A stretch of 63,573 nucleotides of DNA, counting the filler, from an uncultured Methanosarcinales archaeon (GTDB taxonomy: Archaea; Nanobdellota; Nanobdellia; Woesearchaeales; CAZKBD01), in NCBI GenBank assembly GCA_964550945.1. It is 5 parts of 5 records of this genome, joined end to end, with 100 filler letters (N's around TTAATTAATTAA, not from the genome) between each part and the next. Parts side by side here need not be neighbours in the genome. Positions count along the whole stretch, not along the records: positions 53,479 to 63,573 come from CAZKBD010000068.1; 4 more parts are not named here. One strand, 5' to 3'. Under the pieces are notes generated by a model. That model was not told the origin of the DNA. It ran no database searches and saw nothing but the letters and a program-made list of their open reading frames with translations. Positions 60,998 to 63,573 of the stretch are shown here, piece by piece. The translations under genes and the position numbers were made by a program. How positions within the stretch are numbered: the stretch's first letter is position 1; each line of letters opens with the position of its first letter.

Positions 60998-61049
60998 ATC
61001 CATCAATCATATCCTTTTTTATTTTAATCTATCTTGTATTATACTCCTC

Positions 61050-62363
61050 TTAAATTCCATCCCCTAATAGCCATTTCCACAGCGGAATGAATTTAACCTT
61101 TCTTTTTATTCCAAACCATTCTAAACTTTCTTCTCCAGAATACTCTTGATTAATCACCAAAAGATTATTGCATTTCAAGTCCTTACTTGCTTTTAATAAA
61201 GCCTTAATCTCTCTTTTTTTTGTATCAGGATCAGTAATATCATAACAAACCTGTATTAACTGATTTATTTTTGCGGCGCCCTTTATAACAAAATCAACCT
61301 CTTCTTTTTCCATATTCTTCCAATAGTAACACTCTTTTTTTTGCCTTTTTAGCTCAATCGCAACAATATTCTCATAAAGCCTTCCTAAATTATTTAAAAA
61401 CTTTGTTGAAATTGAATTAATAAAGGCATTGTCTATAAAATATATTTTCTTGGGATATTGCATCTGATCTTTTATTTTATAAGAAAAGATAGGCAAGCTA
61501 AATGCAAAATAGGAGTTCTCGATGTAAGAAATATATTTTTGCAATGTGGATTTACCAATTTCATAACCTAAACTTTTAAGATTATTGTAACTTTTGCTTA
61601 TAGAGTATTTTTTTGAGTCAAGAAGCAGTTTTAGGAGAGCTTTTAAGGATTCTTCATTTTTTACATTATACCTCTCAACAATATCTCTTTTTATAACAGT
61701 AGAATAATAAGACTGTGCTAATTCGAATTTTTTATTTTCGTCTATAAGAACTGCTTCAGGCAACCCTCCATAGGTGAGGTATTCTGTAAGTGCTTTAAGA
61801 ATAAGGGGCTTTTCTTTCTCTGAATAGTCTAATATTTTAAAGTCAAAATTAAGTTTCTTAAAATTTAAGAACTCTTTAAAGGAAAGAGGAAACATCTTAA
61901 TTTCTAAGAATCTCCCCCTTAATTCTGTTGGTATTTCATCTTCAGACATTCTTGAAGAAGAACCAGAGACAAAGATCCTTATATTTTGATTATCATATGT
62001 TCTTCTAAGCCACTTGCTCCAATTAGGGATATTATGCAATTCATCTAAAAATAAGTACTTAATCTTTTTATTGAATATCTCATCTGTAACTGGGAGCAAT
62101 CTGCTTAAGAATTCTGTCTTTAGAGGTATTCTTTCATCTTCAAAATTAATGAGGACAACCTCTTCACGAGAGTTAGATTTAAGAAGTTCGTTTATTATGC
62201 CATATAGAATATATGTTTTCCCGACTCTTCTAAAACCATTTAATACAATTATCTTATTAATCTTCATAGTAAGATAATCTTGAATATTAACTTCTCTGGG
62301 GATTATTGCTGGAATGTCTTTCCCTTTCCATTCAGCGAGTATTGTTTTTATTGTTTTATCCAT
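61050..62363 (-). CDS. AAA_14/DUF4143 ATPase
   Basis: GFRRVGKT, LDELH, SGSSS, GGLPE, EVDF, PLWKWLL. Confidence 0.92.
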   Translation of the reverse strand: MDKTIKTILAEWKGKDIPAIIPREVNIQDYLTMKINKIIVLNGFRRVGKTYILYGIINELLKSNSREEVVLINFEDERIPLKTEFLSRLLPVTDEIFNKKIKYLFLDELHNIPNWSKWLRRTYDNQNIRIFVSGSSSRMSEDEIPTELRGRFLEIKMFPLSFKEFLNFKKLNFDFKILDYSEKEKPLILKALTEYLTYGGLPEAVLIDENKKFELAQSYYSTVIKRDIVERYNVKNEESLKALLKLLLDSKKYSISKSYNNLKSLGYEIGKSTLQKYISYIENSYFAFSLPIFSYKIKDQMQYPKKIYFIDNAFINSISTKFLNNLGRLYENIVAIELKRQKKECYYWKNMEKEEVDFVIKGAAKINQLIQVCYDITDPDTKKREIKALLKASKDLKCNNLLVINQEYSGEESLEWFGIKRKVKFIPLWKWLLGDGI

Positions 62364-62450
62364 GGTACAATTTTAGTATACTATTGTCCTATTTAAATCT
62401 TTTGGTTTTTTTGGGCATTGGAAAGGAAGATATACCTTTTTCAACAAAAT

Positions 62451-62562
62451 AGGCTATGCAATGAAAAATAATAACCCTCGGGATGGCACAGTATTAGGAA
62501 AAGCATTTGACTTTTGTACAGAAGAAGAATGCAGGATACCTATAATTGTTGCGTTGAGCTAG
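62451..62562 (+). repeat. Orphan 3' end of a fibre/chaperone (peptidase G2-like) gene, copy 1
   Basis: GYAMKNNNPRDGTVLGKAFDFCTEEECRIPIIVALS*. Confidence 0.8.
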
Positions 62563-62639
62563 AAGATTCAAATATAGAAAAAGATATAAATATAAGGGCT
62601 TTCTTCAGCTATGTTGTAAATGATTATACCTAATGGCAA

Positions 62640-62927
62640 ATGATTAAGATAAACTATACAGAGCATCTAAAATTACGGCTGAAAATCAGAGCCATACCTG
62701 AAGAATATCCAAAGAAGATTTACATGGATCCTGAACAAAAATTTTTTGATAATATCGAGAAAACATTAATAGCCACAAAAAAACTTTATTATAATAATAA
62801 ATTAAGAAATATGATGATAGCATATGAAGAAAGGGATGGGGGGATCGATATTGTAACGATACACCCAATAAGCGAAGAAAAAATAATAAATAGGCTAATG
62901 AGCCAGAGGTGGACAAAAAATGAATAG
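62640..62927 (+). CDS. DUF4258-like putative toxin
   Basis: YTEHLKLRLKIRAI...IVTIHP...RW. Confidence 0.72.
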   Translation: MIKINYTEHLKLRLKIRAIPEEYPKKIYMDPEQKFFDNIEKTLIATKKLYYNNKLRNMMIAYEERDGGIDIVTIHPISEEKIINRLMSQRWTKNE

Positions 62928-63135
62928 GTACAATTACGACAAAAAATCAGACTCTCTTTTCATCTACTTAAAAGAAGGAGAGGAAGCGGATTTTGAAGAG
63001 ATAGCCCCGGGTATTAACATAGAATTGAATAAAGATAATGAAGTTATAGGGGTAGAAATCCTTAAAGCATCACGCTTCAGTGCTAGTTTGAAGAGCCAAA
63101 TAGCAAAAAAACATATAACTAAGATACCAGCATAA
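62920..63135 (+). CDS. DUF2283-family putative antitoxin
   Basis: YDKKSDSLFI...EIAPGINIE...IGVEILKAS. Confidence 0.85.
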   Translation: MNRYNYDKKSDSLFIYLKEGEEADFEEIAPGINIELNKDNEVIGVEILKASRFSASLKSQIAKKHITKIPA

Positions 63136-63190
63136 TCTTAATGCTACTTCTTTTCTGTTAGAACTAGAAGAGGCCCCCTTGCTCAAATCC

Positions 63191-63302
63191 AGGCTATGCA
63201 ATGAAAAACAATGAGCCAAAAGTCGGCTCAATCGTAGGAAAAGCGTTTGACTTCTGCGATAAAGAAGAATGCAGGATATTGATGTTTGTGGCTTTGAGTT
63301 AA
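63191..63302 (+). repeat. Orphan 3' end of a fibre/chaperone gene, copy 2
   Basis: GYAMKNNEPKVGSIVGKAFDFCDKEECRILMFVALS*; same 112-bp span as 62451-62562. Confidence 0.8.
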
Positions 63303-63352
63303 GCGTTAGTTAATAGCCATTTCCAAAGCGGAATGAATTCAATTTTTTTGCC
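63299..63352 (-). pseudogene. Orphan 3' end of a DUF4143 ATPase gene
   Basis: GKKIEFIPLWKWLLTNA*, compare KVKFIPLWKWLL at the end of 61050-62363. Confidence 0.8.
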
Positions 63353-63487
63353 TGTCAAGAACCACCCGTCACAGATGGTGCATAGATGGTATAGTCATCT
63401 ACTGCACTAGGAAACGTTAGTTTCCGTTGGTGGAATGACGCGCTTAGCGTCCTTTCCTAAATGATTGGTTGGTGGTTCTTGAGCATG
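63353..63487 (-). mobile_element. 135-bp multibranch hairpin element
   Basis: CATGCTCAAGAACCACC...GGTGGTTCTTGACA with internal stems. Confidence 0.75.
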
Positions 63488-63573
63488 AACTGAGAAATTT
63501 GCTTTGCAAATTTCTGGCGGTATATAAAGTATAGAATCCTTTTTCCATAAGAAATAAAACCCGCTAACTATTT

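Overview
AT-rich archaeal sequence, most likely a DPANN (Woesearchaeota-like) metagenome bin. The inference rests on Cdc6/Orc1, membrane LonB, deoxyhypusine synthase, archaeal PoK/PPS and class III signal peptides. The window is five contigs joined by artificial N-TTAATTAATTAA-N linkers (13416-13515, 26848-26947, 40156-40255, 53379-53478); the contig sizes descend, so adjacency across linkers has no biological meaning. Housekeeping and biosynthetic genes: purL/purQ, hisI/hisG, panB/panD/coaBC/PoK/PPS, serB-like HAD, tatD, acyP, cdc6, lonB. Also many secreted, fibre and pilin-like proteins, about eight toxin-antitoxin modules and five AAA+ ATPases. Main observations: (1) lonB is split into two translationally coupled ORFs by an apparently natural split intein that starts with Thr and keeps its LAGLIDADG domain; (2) a circularly permuted triosephosphate isomerase; (3) TA and ATPase cassettes repeatedly sit behind duplicated 3' ends of host genes, forming an integron-like array at 55.7-63.5 kb with no integrase in view; (4) a family of short nested hairpin elements (TGCTCA...TGACA) that appear to insert without target duplication; (5) a 200-300 bp AT-rich non-coding element on three different contigs. 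All family assignments are from motif recognition by eye; no searches were run.
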